Below the pieces are notes generated by a model. The model was given only the letters and a program-made list of their open reading frames with translations. It had not been told where the DNA came from and did no database searches. The position numbers and the translations under genes are program-made. A stretch of 64,000 nt of DNA, from assembly GCA_036380875.1 (NCBI GenBank), contig DASVDX010000086.1, positions 20,974 to 84,973 of the forward strand, in the 5' to 3' direction. Source of the DNA: Acidimicrobiia bacterium. GTDB taxonomy: Bacteria; Actinomycetota; Acidimicrobiia; Spongiisociales; ZC4RG35. Below are positions 37,494 through 47,640 of this stretch, in pieces (position 1 is the first letter of the stretch; each line of letters opens with the position of its first letter).

Positions 37494-38230
37494 GGCGCCT
37501 CACGTTCGTTTCCCTGGCGCTGATCGTCTCCACCGCGGCGTGGACGATCCAGTTGGCTGTCGGTGCCGAGGGCTATTCGGGCGCCTCGGTGGTGCTGATG
37601 GCGCTCTCGATGTGGGTGTCCACGGTGGTGTCCCTCACCGGCATGCTCGTCGCCCGCGCCCGCTGGGCCCGCCGGTTGGGTGTGGCGGTGACGGCGGCCC
37701 ACGGTGCGCTAGCGGTCGTCACCAGCCCCGGGATCGTGTGGGGCGTCGCCCTGGCGGCGAGCGCGGTCACTGCGGTGAGTGTCGCCGGCCCGTGGCTCGA
37801 CGGAATCGTCAGGGGAAGACCTTCGGCGTCCGGGCCACCCGAAAGAGTCGTGCTGATCGCCTTGTTGCTGTTGGGAACGCCATTCGGTCTCGGCGTCATC
37901 GGAGCGGCGGACACACCCGCGCTCGTCGTCGGACTGGCGGCGCTGGTGGCGGCGTTCTGGTTCGTTAGGACGATGCCCGCTGCCCTCCTCGTGGTGCGTG
38001 TCGTGTGGCCGCTGCTCGCCGTCGGATTGTCCTATCCGATGGGCTGGCCAGGGACGACGGTGTCGCTTTTCGCCGGGATCGCCGTCGGGGCCCTCGCCTG
38101 GCATCCGAGCGTGCGGAACTCGGTCCATCCGCTGGTCGAGCCCGGCTCCCGGGTCCCCATCCCGCCGGAGCTCACCCCGCGTGAGGTGCTCGACGCCGCC
38201 GAGATCGATGACAGGGGGCGGCCACTGTGA
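37490..38230 (+). CDS. Polytopic membrane protein, hypothetical
   Basis: About 7 hydrophobic helices. ATG overlaps the stop of the phosphatase gene. The track ORF begins 36 nt earlier. Confidence 0.5.
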   Translation: MRRLTFVSLALIVSTAAWTIQLAVGAEGYSGASVVLMALSMWVSTVVSLTGMLVARARWARRLGVAVTAAHGALAVVTSPGIVWGVALAASAVTAVSVAGPWLDGIVRGRPSASGPPERVVLIALLLLGTPFGLGVIGAADTPALVVGLAALVAAFWFVRTMPAALLVVRVVWPLLAVGLSYPMGWPGTTVSLFAGIAVGALAWHPSVRNSVHPLVEPGSRVPIPPELTPREVLDAAEIDDRGRPL

Positions 38231-38550
38231 AGCGCCGGCCCAACCCCTGGATCGTCGTCCCCTCTCTGGTGGCCGCCGGGATCGCGGCGTGGCTGGGAGG
38301 AACGGTGGCTGCCATGTCGTGCCGCTACGGCGAACTCGAAGGGACGTTGGTCACCTTGTGCGAAGTGGGCGGCTCGAACCTGGGATGGACAGTGGCAGTG
38401 GCCGTCCTCTCTTTCCTGATCGTCGGTTTCGGCATGGCCGTGGTGCTGGCGCTGGTGTTCCGTTCCATCGCCGAATGGCGCGACCACCAGGAGCGTTCGA
38501 CCGGGCCGAAGGAGCGGCCCGAACCGTCAAATGCGGCTGAGGACCAATGA
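38227..38550 (+). CDS. Small membrane protein, hypothetical
   Basis: 107 aa, two TM helices. 4-nt overlap with the upstream gene. 3' end overlaps the convergent fabF by about 24 nt. Confidence 0.4.
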   Translation: MKRRPNPWIVVPSLVAAGIAAWLGGTVAAMSCRYGELEGTLVTLCEVGGSNLGWTVAVAVLSFLIVGFGMAVVLALVFRSIAEWRDHQERSTGPKERPEPSNAAEDQ

Positions 38551-39777
38551 GACGTTGTGGCCGCCGAACCCGAACGAGTTCGACACGGCGTGAGTCACCT
38601 CGGCTTCTCGAGCCTCGTTGGGTACGTAGTCGAGGTCGCACTCGGGGTCGGGCGTCGCATAGTTGATCGTCGGGGGCAGCACCCCGTGACGGATGGCCTG
38701 GATGCAGGCGATCGCCTCCACCGCTCCCGCCCCGCCGAGGGTGTGGCCGGTCATCGACTTGGTCGATGAGACGGGCACCCGGCGGGCCGCCTCCCCGAAA
38801 GCGATGTGGATGGCAGCGGTTTCGGTGGCGTCGTTGGCGGGGGTCGACGTTCCGTGGGCGTTGATGTAACCGACCTCGTCGGGTTCGATCCGAGCGTCCT
38901 CCATCGCCAGCGTCATCGCCCTCGCCGCCCCCGTGCCCCCAGGCCGGGGCAGGGTGATGTGGTAGGCGTCGGCGGACATGCCGTAGCCGGTCACTTCGGC
39001 CAGGATCTCGGCGCCCCGCGTCTCGGCGTGCTCCAGCGATTCGAGCACCAACGCACCTCCCCCCTCCCCCATGAGGAAGCCGTCACGGTCCTTGTCGAAG
39101 GGCCGTGAGGCGTGCTCGGGATCGTCGTTGCGGGTGGTCATGGCCCTCGCCTGGGCGAAACCGGCCATCGCGTAGTCGGTGATCCCGGCTTCGGCACCAC
39201 CGGCCACCATCACGTCGGCCGCTCCCCGGCGGATCAGCTCGGCGGCATCGCCGATGGCGTTGGCCGACGCCGAACACGCCGTCACGACGCAAGTGACCGG
39301 GCCGAGGAGATGGTGCTCGATGGAGGCGATCCCCGCAGCGATGTTGGGAATGATCTTCGGGATGCCGGTGGGGGTCACCCGGTCAGGGCCGCGTTGACGC
39401 AGCAGGTCGATTTCGTCGATGAAGGACTGCATGCCTCCGAAGCCGGCGCCGGCGACCACCCCGGCCCGTGCCGCAGCCGGATCGTCCTCCTCGTACGAGA
39501 TACCTGCCTGGGCGAGTGCCTCGCGGACGGCGATCAGGAAGAACTGGGTGTAGCGGTCGAGCCGACGCAGTTCGCGCGTGTCGAAGTGCTGGGTCGGGTC
39601 GTAGTCCGACACCTCCGCCGCGATCCGCGTCTTGTGCTGGGAGGCGTCGAACAGAGTGACCGGCCCGGCCCCGGACCGTCCGGCCACCAGACTCTCCCAG
39701 AAAGGACCGACACCGATCCCGATGGGGGTGATCGCCCCCATCCCGGTGACGACCACCCGCCGCCTGTCGGAGGACAC
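38527..39777 (-). CDS. fabF: 3-oxoacyl-ACP synthase II (KAS II)
   Basis: Active-site Cys context (VVTACSASAN) and the His-His pair (HGTSTP...GHTLGGAG). 416 aa. Confidence 0.92.
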   Translation of the reverse strand: MSSDRRRVVVTGMGAITPIGIGVGPFWESLVAGRSGAGPVTLFDASQHKTRIAAEVSDYDPTQHFDTRELRRLDRYTQFFLIAVREALAQAGISYEEDDPAAARAGVVAGAGFGGMQSFIDEIDLLRQRGPDRVTPTGIPKIIPNIAAGIASIEHHLLGPVTCVVTACSASANAIGDAAELIRRGAADVMVAGGAEAGITDYAMAGFAQARAMTTRNDDPEHASRPFDKDRDGFLMGEGGGALVLESLEHAETRGAEILAEVTGYGMSADAYHITLPRPGGTGAARAMTLAMEDARIEPDEVGYINAHGTSTPANDATETAAIHIAFGEAARRVPVSSTKSMTGHTLGGAGAVEAIACIQAIRHGVLPPTINYATPDPECDLDYVPNEAREAEVTHAVSNSFGFGGHNVSLVLSRI

Positions 39778-39779
39778 GG

Positions 39780-40019
39780 TCAGAGCTTGGAGTGGACCAA
39801 GTCGACGGCCTGGCCGACCGTGTGGATGTTCTCCGCCTCCTCGTCGGGGATCTTCACGCCGAACTCGTCCTCGAGTGCCATGAGCAGCTCAACGACACCG
39901 AGCGAGTCGACTTCGAGGTCTTCCTCGAACGAGGCGTCTTCGGTGATCTTGTCGGCATCGAGGCCGAGTTCGGTGACCAGTACTTCCTTCAGACGCTCCG
40001 CAACCTCGGCGCGATCCAT
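39780..40019 (-). CDS. acpP: Acyl carrier protein
   Basis: 79 aa. Phosphopantetheine attachment motif [11 protein letters not shown]. Start at MDRAEV inside the track ORF. Confidence 0.9.
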   Translation of the reverse strand: MDRAEVAERLKEVLVTELGLDADKITEDASFEEDLEVDSLGVVELLMALEDEFGVKIPDEEAENIHTVGQAVDLVHSKL

Positions 40020-40095
40020 CTCTGTTCCTTTCTCTCTCGTGGGTGACCCGTCCGACAATCGCCTGATGGGGCCGGAATCGAGTCAGGCAATCTAC

Positions 40096-40848
40096 CTAGA
40101 TGGCGAGTCCTCCGTCGACCATCACCACTTGTCCCGTTATGTACGAGGCCTCTTCGGAGGCGAGGAAGCCGGCGAGGGCGGCCACCTCCTCCGGGCGCCC
40201 GAAGCGACCCAATGACACCGCCGCCAGGCTGGCGGCCTTCACCTCTTCGCTCAGGGCGTCGGTCATGTCTGTCTCGATGAAGCCGGGGGCGATCGTGTTC
40301 ACCGTTATGCCCCGGGAGCCCACCTCCTTGGCGACTGTCTTGGCGAAGCCGATCAGTCCCGCTTTCGAGGCGGCGTAGTTCGCCTGACCCGGGTTGCCCG
40401 CCACTCCCGCCACCGACGCCACGCAGATGATCCTGCCCCACTTGGCTCGGAGCATCGAGCGCAGCGCCGCCTTGGTGCACAGGTATGCCGAGCGCAGGTT
40501 CGTGGCGATGACGGTGTCGAAGTCCTCGGTCGACATCCGCAATAGCAGGTTGTCGCGGTTGATGCCGGCGTTGTTCACGAGGATGGCCACTTGGCCGAGA
40601 CCCTCGGTGACGGCATCGAACATCGCCGACACCTGGCCTTCGTCCGAGACATCGGCTTGGACGGCCATGGCCTTCCCGCCCATCCGCTCGATCTCGGCTA
40701 CGACCTCTTCGGCGGCGTCGGCGCGGGCTGCGTAGTTGACCGCCACCGGGTGCCCTCGACGGGCGAGCTCGAGGCAGATGGACCGTCCGATTCCCCGAGA
40801 CCCTCCGGTGACGAGGGCTACGCGACTGCTGGCGTCGGCTTCGCTCAC
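40096..40848 (-). CDS. fabG: 3-oxoacyl-ACP reductase
   Basis: SDR family. Cofactor motif TGGSRGIG and catalytic YAASKAG. GTG start at 40848. The track ORF 40096..41841 overextends into fabH. Confidence 0.9.
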   Translation of the reverse strand: MSEADASSRVALVTGGSRGIGRSICLELARRGHPVAVNYAARADAAEEVVAEIERMGGKAMAVQADVSDEGQVSAMFDAVTEGLGQVAILVNNAGINRDNLLLRMSTEDFDTVIATNLRSAYLCTKAALRSMLRAKWGRIICVASVAGVAGNPGQANYAASKAGLIGFAKTVAKEVGSRGITVNTIAPGFIETDMTDALSEEVKAASLAAVSLGRFGRPEEVAALAGFLASEEASYITGQVVMVDGGLAI

Positions 40849-41993
40849 TGGTCCCTCGGAAGCTCGGGTCTGCCGTAGAACTCGAGGTTGGGCTGGAGGA
40901 GGTCGAAGGCGTCCTTGTCGCTGGGCGGGAGCTCGGCGTCGCTCGTGCCCAGCGGCGTCGTGCGATCCCCCCAGCGCAGCACTGCGGCCGCCCACGACAG
41001 GCCGGCACCGAAGGCGGCGAACACGATGACGTCTCCGGGCGACACGCGGCCCTCTTCCAGCGCTTCGGTGAGAGCGACAGCGATCGTCGCCGCCGAGGTG
41101 TTGCCGTAGGACCCGATGTTGACGAAGACCTTGGAGTCGGGCAGTCCGAGGCGCTTGGCTGCGGCGTCGATGATCCGTACGTTCGCCTGGTGGGGGATGA
41201 AGAGGTCGACGTCTTCCAATTGCAGCCCGGCGCCTTGGATGGTGCGGACGGCGGCCTCGCTCATGGTCGTGACGGCGCGACGAAACACCTCGGGACCGTT
41301 CATGCGGATGCCGCCCTCTTCGGGGCGGACCGGCCCGGGGTCGCCGGCGTTGCCGTCCCTGGGGACACGGAGGATGTCCCACACCGAGCCGTCCATCCCC
41401 AGCTCGGAGTTGAGGAGGCCCACGGGCTCTTCGGTGGCCTCGAGGACGATCGCTCCGGCGGCGTCGCCGAACAGGACGGCGGTCGAGCGGTCGGTGAAGT
41501 CGAGGTGGTAGTGGAGCTTCTCGGCGCCGACCACGAGCACCGTGTTGTGGGTGCCGGCCCGGATCATGTTGGAGGCGACGACGAGGGCGTAGATGAAGCC
41601 CGAACAGGCGGCGTTGATGTCGAAGGCGGCGGCGTTGTAGGCCCCGAGCTTGTCCTGCAGGATCGAGGAGGTGGAGGGGATGATCGAGTCGCCGGTACAG
41701 GTGGCGAGGACGATCAGGTCCACGTCGGTGGGTTCCTTGCCGGCGGCAGCGAGGGCGCGGCGGCTCGCCACCTCCGCCATGTCCGATACCTCGACATGCG
41801 AGATCCGGCGTTCCTTGATCCCGGTGCGAGTGGTGATCCACTCGTCACTCGTGTCGGTCAGTTTCTCCAGGTCGTGGTTGGACAGAACCGCGGGCGGCAG
41901 GCACTTGCCCCAACCGGTGATTTCGGCATTCGGCACGTTCACCTCCTCGGGCTCAACTGATGCTACCCAGGGCGTCGGTCGCAACCCCGACAT
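40845..41993 (-). CDS. fabH: 3-oxoacyl-ACP synthase III (KAS III)
   Basis: Catalytic Cys (AACSGFIYAL), His (HQANVRII) and Asn (GNTSAAT). The ATG at 41993 overlaps fabD by 41 nt. An alternative GTG at 41942 gives a 10-nt spacer. Confidence 0.9.
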   Translation of the reverse strand: MSGLRPTPWVASVEPEEVNVPNAEITGWGKCLPPAVLSNHDLEKLTDTSDEWITTRTGIKERRISHVEVSDMAEVASRRALAAAGKEPTDVDLIVLATCTGDSIIPSTSSILQDKLGAYNAAAFDINAACSGFIYALVVASNMIRAGTHNTVLVVGAEKLHYHLDFTDRSTAVLFGDAAGAIVLEATEEPVGLLNSELGMDGSVWDILRVPRDGNAGDPGPVRPEEGGIRMNGPEVFRRAVTTMSEAAVRTIQGAGLQLEDVDLFIPHQANVRIIDAAAKRLGLPDSKVFVNIGSYGNTSAATIAVALTEALEEGRVSPGDVIVFAAFGAGLSWAAAVLRWGDRTTPLGTSDAELPPSDKDAFDLLQPNLEFYGRPELPRDQ

Positions 41994-42909
41994 CGTCGAG
42001 CGACGACACGGCGATCACGTTGGAGCCCCGCACTGTGCGGCGTGCCAGGCCTGCGGTCACGTCCCCTGGGCCCACGTGGACGAAGGTGTCGATGCCCGAT
42101 GCGGCCATCTTCTCGAGTGTTTCCGAGAACCGGACCGGCGAAACGACCTGGTCGACGAGGGTCGGGACGAGATCTTCGCTCGTGACGGGACCTGCCGTCA
42201 CGTTGGAGTAGACCGGGAAGCGTCCCTCTGAGATCTCGACACCTTCGAAGGACGCCGCCAGCCTGTCCGAGGCGGACTGCATGAAGGGGGAATGGAAGGC
42301 GCCGGCGACCGCCAGTCCGACCACTCGGCGCAGCCCGAGCGCGGATGCCTTTTCCTCCAGCCATTCGATGTCGTCGACACCTCCGGCGACGACCACCTGA
42401 CCGGGAGCGTTGATGTTGGCCACCCACAGGCTCCCGCCTTCCGACCGGCGCACGGAGCAGGCGGCTTCCACGACTTCCAGGTCGGCCCCGATCACCGCCG
42501 CCATCGACGACGGGTTGGCATCGGAAGCGTCGGCCATCGCCCGTCCTCGCTCGGCGACGACGGCGAGTGCGTCCGAATACGAGAAGACTCCGGCGGCAGC
42601 CAATGCCGTGTACTCCCCCAGCGAATGCCCGGCGGCGGCGACCGGAGGAGGAACGTGAGCCGAAAGCTCCTCCCAGAGGGCGTACGAGAGTGCGAACAGC
42701 GCCGGCTGGGCGTGTTCGGTGCGGGTCAGCCGCTCCTCGGGCCCTTGGAGACAGACCTCACGGAGTGAGAAGCCGAGCACCTCGTCGGCGGCATCTCCCA
42801 GGAGGTCCGGGCGCGCCTCGAAGAGGTCGGCACCCATGCCCACGAACTGACTCCCCTGGCCGGGGAACAAAACGGCATAACCCATCGGATTGCTTGGACT
42901 CGGAGGCAC
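41953..42909 (-). CDS. fabD: Malonyl CoA-ACP transacylase
   Basis: GQGSQ and the nucleophile motif GHSLGE. GTG at 42909. An internal ATG at 42885 (MGYAV) is also a plausible start. Confidence 0.9.
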   Translation of the reverse strand: MPPSPSNPMGYAVLFPGQGSQFVGMGADLFEARPDLLGDAADEVLGFSLREVCLQGPEERLTRTEHAQPALFALSYALWEELSAHVPPPVAAAGHSLGEYTALAAAGVFSYSDALAVVAERGRAMADASDANPSSMAAVIGADLEVVEAACSVRRSEGGSLWVANINAPGQVVVAGGVDDIEWLEEKASALGLRRVVGLAVAGAFHSPFMQSASDRLAASFEGVEISEGRFPVYSNVTAGPVTSEDLVPTLVDQVVSPVRFSETLEKMAASGIDTFVHVGPGDVTAGLARRTVRGSNVIAVSSLDDVGVATDALGSIS

Positions 42910-43049
42910 CGGCGGAGGTTACCTGGCGCCGTTCCGACCGATATCTCGTCGCTCGTGCGTCGAAGATCGCTGATCATCGAGCCAGTTCGTTCTTCGGCCA
43001 CCGTCGTCCTCTGAGCATTCTTGTCCCAGCCGCGTTGTACGGTCGAGGC

Positions 43050-44354
43050 ATGTTGGGGGAACGACGAGGAAGCACCCGACAGGTGCTCCCCGAGGGGATC
43101 GAGGATCAGGCACCCAGCACCGAGCTCGCCGTCCTCGTCGAATCCATCGACGACACCGATCTGAACGGCTACGAGCTCGTCCTCTATATCCAGGCGATTT
43201 GGAGGCTGTTGGCCCACTTCCAGGCCAAGGCCTATCACGCCATCGTCGAGCTCGCCCACACCCCACCCTGCGACCCCGACGATCCACCAGACCGCACTGA
43301 GGTACCCGACGAGTTCATCCCCGACGAATTGTCGGCTGCGCTCCGCCTGACGAACAAGGCATCCCACATGCACCTCGGCCTGGCCTTCGCCCTGGCACGT
43401 CTGCCGGCGGTCTGGGAAGCATTGCACTCGGGGCGCATCGATATCGCCCGGGCCAAGGTCATCTGTGAGGAGACGACCGAACTCGATGTCGAAGCCGCCC
43501 GGAAGATCGTCTACTGGATCCTCGATCGAGCACCCGAACTGACGACCGGTCAGCTCGGGCGAACGCTCCGCAAGCGAATCATGTCCGAGTATCCGGATGC
43601 AGCGCGCAAGAGGTACAGGCGGGGTGTGGAGGACCGCAAGGTGGAAGCTCGCTCCAACCCCGATGGCACCGCGGACCTCCTTGGCCGCCAGCTGCCGGTT
43701 GAGCGGGTGGGCGGCATCATGAACCGCATCGACGACATCGCCCGGAGGCTCAAACGACAGGGCGACCCGCGCCCGGTCGACCAGATCCGCGCCGACATCT
43801 ACTGCGACTTGCTCGAAGGTCGGAACCTCCCCGCCGTCCGACGCGGCGGCGGAGGCGTCAAGATCAGCGTCGACTTGGAGACCCTCATCGGCTTGGCCGA
43901 CGACCCCGGAGAGGTGGACGGTTGGGGCCCGGTGGTGGCCGACCTCGCTCGTTACGTCGCCCGCCAGAACACCAACGGCACTTGGGAGTTCGAGATCACC
44001 GACCCCGACACCGGTCTCCCCCTCGTCACCGGCACCACGCGGCGGCGACCCACCGCCGAACAACGCCGCTACATCGAGGCCCGAGATCGAACCTGCGTGT
44101 GGCCGACTTGCCCCGTCCCGGCGCACCGATGTCATATCGACCACACCCGCGACCACCATCTGGGCGGGCCGACGCACACTCGCAACCTCGACCCGTTGTG
44201 CCCCCATCACCATCTCGGGTCGAAGCACCGGGCCGGTTGGAAGCTCGAGCAGCCCGCACCGGGAATGTTCGTGTGGACCAGCCCGAGGGGCCACCGGTAC
44301 GTGGTCCGGTCACCGCCCGGGGTAGTGGCCCCTTCCCGGGGCGTTCGTACCTAG
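43050..44354 (+). CDS. DUF222 plus HNH-nuclease domain protein (REP13E12-family-like element)
   Basis: 434 aa. N-terminal DUF222-like helical region. C-terminal HNH core (CVWPTC...HIDHTRDHHLGGPTHTRNLDPLCPHHHLGSKH). Start is the in-frame ATG inside the track ORF 42567..44354. Stop overlaps the convergent isochorismatase gene. Confidence 0.7.
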   Translation: MLGERRGSTRQVLPEGIEDQAPSTELAVLVESIDDTDLNGYELVLYIQAIWRLLAHFQAKAYHAIVELAHTPPCDPDDPPDRTEVPDEFIPDELSAALRLTNKASHMHLGLAFALARLPAVWEALHSGRIDIARAKVICEETTELDVEAARKIVYWILDRAPELTTGQLGRTLRKRIMSEYPDAARKRYRRGVEDRKVEARSNPDGTADLLGRQLPVERVGGIMNRIDDIARRLKRQGDPRPVDQIRADIYCDLLEGRNLPAVRRGGGGVKISVDLETLIGLADDPGEVDGWGPVVADLARYVARQNTNGTWEFEITDPDTGLPLVTGTTRRRPTAEQRRYIEARDRTCVWPTCPVPAHRCHIDHTRDHHLGGPTHTRNLDPLCPHHHLGSKHRAGWKLEQPAPGMFVWTSPRGHRYVVRSPPGVVAPSRGVRT

Positions 44355-44902
44355 AAGACGTCCGCCGCTTCGACGACCTCGGCGTTGTAGAACGTCGTGA
44401 GATAGGAAAGCGCCTCGCGCTGGAACCGGTCGTATTCACCGTCGGTCAGCGGTTCGAACACGCAGGTGCCGTCCGAGACCACCGCCAATTCGATCCCCCG
44501 GCGAAAGGCGTCGTAGCTCGTGTGACGGCAACAGCAATTCGTGTGTTGACCGACGATCACCATCCGCTCGATCTGCTGGACACGGCACGTGGCATCCAGG
44601 TCGGTGTCGGTGAACGCCGAGTAGAACCGCTTGGGTACGACGATGTCGCCTTCCGCCGGTGCCAACTCCGGGATCACCTCGGCGCCCGTCGAGCCGGCCA
44701 AAGCGTGCTCACCGAACACGGCGAACTCGAGGTCGTTGGGCTGGTGGGCGTCGTTGGCGTAGACGACGACCCAGTCGTCCCGGGTACGGGCTTCTTCGAC
44801 GAGATGGGCGATCGGGTCGATGATCTCCTTGGCGGCCGGATTGGCCAGGGTCCCGTCGACGAAGTCGTTGAGCATGTCGAGGATCACGAGTGCCGTCTTC
44901 AT
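44351..44902 (-). CDS. Isochorismatase-family cysteine hydrolase
   Basis: D/K/C catalytic triad context (ALVILDMLNDF ... VVPKRFYSAF ... VIVGQHTNCCC). Start at MKTAL inside the track ORF. Confidence 0.8.
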   Translation of the reverse strand: MKTALVILDMLNDFVDGTLANPAAKEIIDPIAHLVEEARTRDDWVVVYANDAHQPNDLEFAVFGEHALAGSTGAEVIPELAPAEGDIVVPKRFYSAFTDTDLDATCRVQQIERMVIVGQHTNCCCRHTSYDAFRRGIELAVVSDGTCVFEPLTDGEYDRFQREALSYLTTFYNAEVVEAADVF

Positions 44903-44981
44903 CGGCTTCCTCCAGTAGTGGGCATCCGAGGCCATTGTCGTCGCTGGCCGGGGACTGCGCACAGGGACCGATGAAAAACGG

Positions 44982-46016
44982 TCAGTCCTGCGAGATCCCC
45001 GCCACGAGACGATCGACGTCCGCTCTGTCTACGTCGCGATGGGTGACGAGGCGCCACCACCCCGCCGCCGGAGCCCCGGTGATCACCCCGTTGTTCCCGA
45101 GCCGCTCCCGTATCGCCCCGATGGAGTCGGGCAGACCGGCCACGTCGACCCGCACCATGTTCGTCTCGACGGTCGTGGGGTCGACCGCTTCGGGCCAGCG
45201 TTCCGCCAACTGCTCGGCGAGATAGCGGGCGAGCTCGTGATCCTCGGCCAGCCGCTCCCGGTCCCGCAGGGCGATCCGGGCGGCGGCGGCGATGACTCCC
45301 ACCTGCCGCATGCCACCCCCGAGGCGCTTGCGGAGGTACCGGACCTCGTCCATGAGGTCGGCGGGTCCGCAGACGATCGACCCGATGGGAGCACCGAGAC
45401 CCTTCGAGAAGCAGAACTGGATGGTGTCGGCCGTCGCCGCGAACTCGGCGGCCTTCGTGCCGGTGGCCGCTTCGGCGTTGAAGATGCGGGCACCGTCGAT
45501 GTGGACCCGCAGGCCGCGTTCCCGGGCTCTCGCCGACGTCTCGGCCATCACCTCGAGAGGGATGACTCTCCCGCCGGACAGGTTGTGGGTGTTCTCCCAG
45601 GCGAGGAGCGAAACCCGGGGGAACATCGAACCGGCGAGCTCCATCACTGTGTCGACCTGCTCAGGGGTGATCTGGCCGCCGTCGGTCGAAACGGTGCGCC
45701 AGCCGATGCCGGCGTGGGCTGGGCCCCAGCCTCTTTCGACGTTGCGGATGTGGGCGAACTCGTCGACCAGTACCTCCTCACCGGGACGCGTCTGGGCCAT
45801 CACTGCGAGTTGGTTGCCCATCGTGCCGGTGGGGACGAAGACCGCCGCCTCTTTTCCGACCACCGAAGCGGCATCTTCCTCCAAGGCGTTGGCGGTCGGG
45901 TCGTCGGCGTACACGTCGTCGCCGACTGCCGCCTCGGCCATGGCCCGGCGCATGTCCTCGGTCGGGCGTGTGACCGTGTCGGACCGGAAGTCGGCGGTGC
46001 CGTCAGAGAACGCCAT
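44982..46016 (-). CDS. ltaE: Low-specificity L-threonine aldolase
   Basis: PLP fold-type I. N-terminal [10 protein letters not shown] and the PLP-lysine region [13 protein letters not shown]. Confidence 0.85.
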   Translation of the reverse strand: MAFSDGTADFRSDTVTRPTEDMRRAMAEAAVGDDVYADDPTANALEEDAASVVGKEAAVFVPTGTMGNQLAVMAQTRPGEEVLVDEFAHIRNVERGWGPAHAGIGWRTVSTDGGQITPEQVDTVMELAGSMFPRVSLLAWENTHNLSGGRVIPLEVMAETSARARERGLRVHIDGARIFNAEAATGTKAAEFAATADTIQFCFSKGLGAPIGSIVCGPADLMDEVRYLRKRLGGGMRQVGVIAAAARIALRDRERLAEDHELARYLAEQLAERWPEAVDPTTVETNMVRVDVAGLPDSIGAIRERLGNNGVITGAPAAGWWRLVTHRDVDRADVDRLVAGISQD

Positions 46017-46025
46017 GAGCGGCGA

Positions 46026-47204
46026 TCAGAGCCCTTGCAGGGCCCGGCGGAGGGAGCGGCAGGCCTGTCCGATCCGGTGCTCGTTCTCGACGAGGGCGAA
46101 GCGCACGAACCCCTCCCCTGCGTCGCCGAAGCCGATACCCGGCGAGACCGCCACCTTGGCGTGTTCTAGGAGATGGAAGGAGAACTCGAGGGAGCCCATG
46201 TGGACGTAGGGGTCGGGGATCGGCGCCCACACGAACATCGTGCCCTTGGGCGGCTCCACCTTCCAGCCGGCCCGATCGAGGCCTTCCATCAGGGCGTCGC
46301 GTCGACGGCGGTAGATCTCGTTGACTTCTGTGACGTATTCGTCCTCTTCGTTGAGGGCGATGATCGAGGCGATCTGGATCGGCTGGAACGTGCCGTAGTC
46401 GAGGTAGGACTTGAGCTTTCCCAACGCGGCTACCGCTTCGGGGTTCCCGACGACGAACCCAACACGCCAGCCCGCCATCGAGTGGCCCTTGGTGAGCGTG
46501 TAGAGCTCGACGGCGACCTCCTTCGCCCCCGGCACCTCGAGGATCGACGGGGGCACGTACCCATCGAACGCCACGTCGGCATAGGCGAAGTCGTGAACCA
46601 GGAACACCCCGTTGTCGTGGGCGAAAGACACCAGTCGCTCGAAGAACGGCAGGTCGACGCAGATCGTCGTCGGGTTGTGCGGGAAGGAGATGATGATCAC
46701 CCGCGGTTTCGGCCACGAGTCCCGGAAGACCTTCTCGAGCAACTCGAAGTAGTCCTCTTCGGGCGTGACCGGCACCTTGCGGATCTCGGCCCCGGCCAGC
46801 ACCGGCGCATAGATGTGGATCGGATACGAGGGGTCGGGGACGATGGCGGCGTCCCCCGGCTGCACCAGCGTCCACATCAGGTGCGCCAAACCTTCCTTCG
46901 CTCCGATGGTGTTGATGACCTCGGTGTCCGGGTCGAGCTCCACCCCGAACCGACGGGCGTACCGGTCGGCTACCGCCTTGCGCAGGTTGGGCAGCCCGCG
47001 GGAGGCCGAATAGCGATGGTTGCGGGGGTTTCGGGCGGCTTCCACGAGCTTCTCCACCACCTTCGGCGGGCTCGGGATGTCGGGGTTGCCGAAACCCAAG
47101 TCGACGATGTCGTCACCCGACCGGCGAGCGGCGAGCTTCCGTTCGTTCACCAGCCCGAAGACATAGGGCGGCAGGTGCTCGATCCGGCGAAATTCCATCT
47201 CCAC
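46026..47204 (-). CDS. Class I/II PLP-dependent aminotransferase (AlaA/AspC-like)
   Basis: SFPHNPTT, the PLP-lysine motif [16 protein letters not shown], and the overall AAT-I architecture. Confidence 0.85.
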   Translation of the reverse strand: MEMEFRRIEHLPPYVFGLVNERKLAARRSGDDIVDLGFGNPDIPSPPKVVEKLVEAARNPRNHRYSASRGLPNLRKAVADRYARRFGVELDPDTEVINTIGAKEGLAHLMWTLVQPGDAAIVPDPSYPIHIYAPVLAGAEIRKVPVTPEEDYFELLEKVFRDSWPKPRVIIISFPHNPTTICVDLPFFERLVSFAHDNGVFLVHDFAYADVAFDGYVPPSILEVPGAKEVAVELYTLTKGHSMAGWRVGFVVGNPEAVAALGKLKSYLDYGTFQPIQIASIIALNEEDEYVTEVNEIYRRRRDALMEGLDRAGWKVEPPKGTMFVWAPIPDPYVHMGSLEFSFHLLEHAKVAVSPGIGFGDAGEGFVRFALVENEHRIGQACRSLRRALQGL

Positions 47205-47217
47205 CAGAGTAGAACGC

Positions 47218-47640
47218 TCACCCAGAAAGCCGGTCGACCCACCGCTTCAACGGAGGCGGCACCAACTGGGCGGTGGCGTCGAGCACGGTCTGGACCATGT
47301 CGAGCAGGTCGGCGGGACCATCCCAATGGCTCATCACCACTTCCTCCCCTGCCTTCCGGAGGAGGTGGTCGACGGCGAAAACGAGCAGCAGGACGTCGTC
47401 GACCTTGCCCAACCCAGGAATGAAATCGGGGATGAAGTCGACCGGCGAGACGAGATAGGCGAGCATCCCGCCTACGAGCAGCTTGGAGCGCCGTGGGACC
47501 CGCGGGTCGCGGACCAACCGGGTGAGGAGCTTCACCAGGTTGGGAATGAGGAGCACGATGTCGGCGAGAAGTGACTTGAGCTGCAGTCCCCCGCCTCCTT
47601 CGGGAGGGATGATCTCGTCGGGTCGGATCGAATCACTCAT
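47218..47640 (-). CDS. DUF1232 (YkvA-like) membrane protein
   Basis: 140 aa. Conserved [10 protein letters not shown]...[18 protein letters not shown] block. ATGA overlap with the glucokinase stop. The track ORF 47218..48564 overextends antisense through the glucokinase gene. Confidence 0.6.
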   Translation of the reverse strand: MSDSIRPDEIIPPEGGGGLQLKSLLADIVLLIPNLVKLLTRLVRDPRVPRRSKLLVGGMLAYLVSPVDFIPDFIPGLGKVDDVLLLVFAVDHLLRKAGEEVVMSHWDGPADLLDMVQTVLDATAQLVPPPLKRWVDRLSG

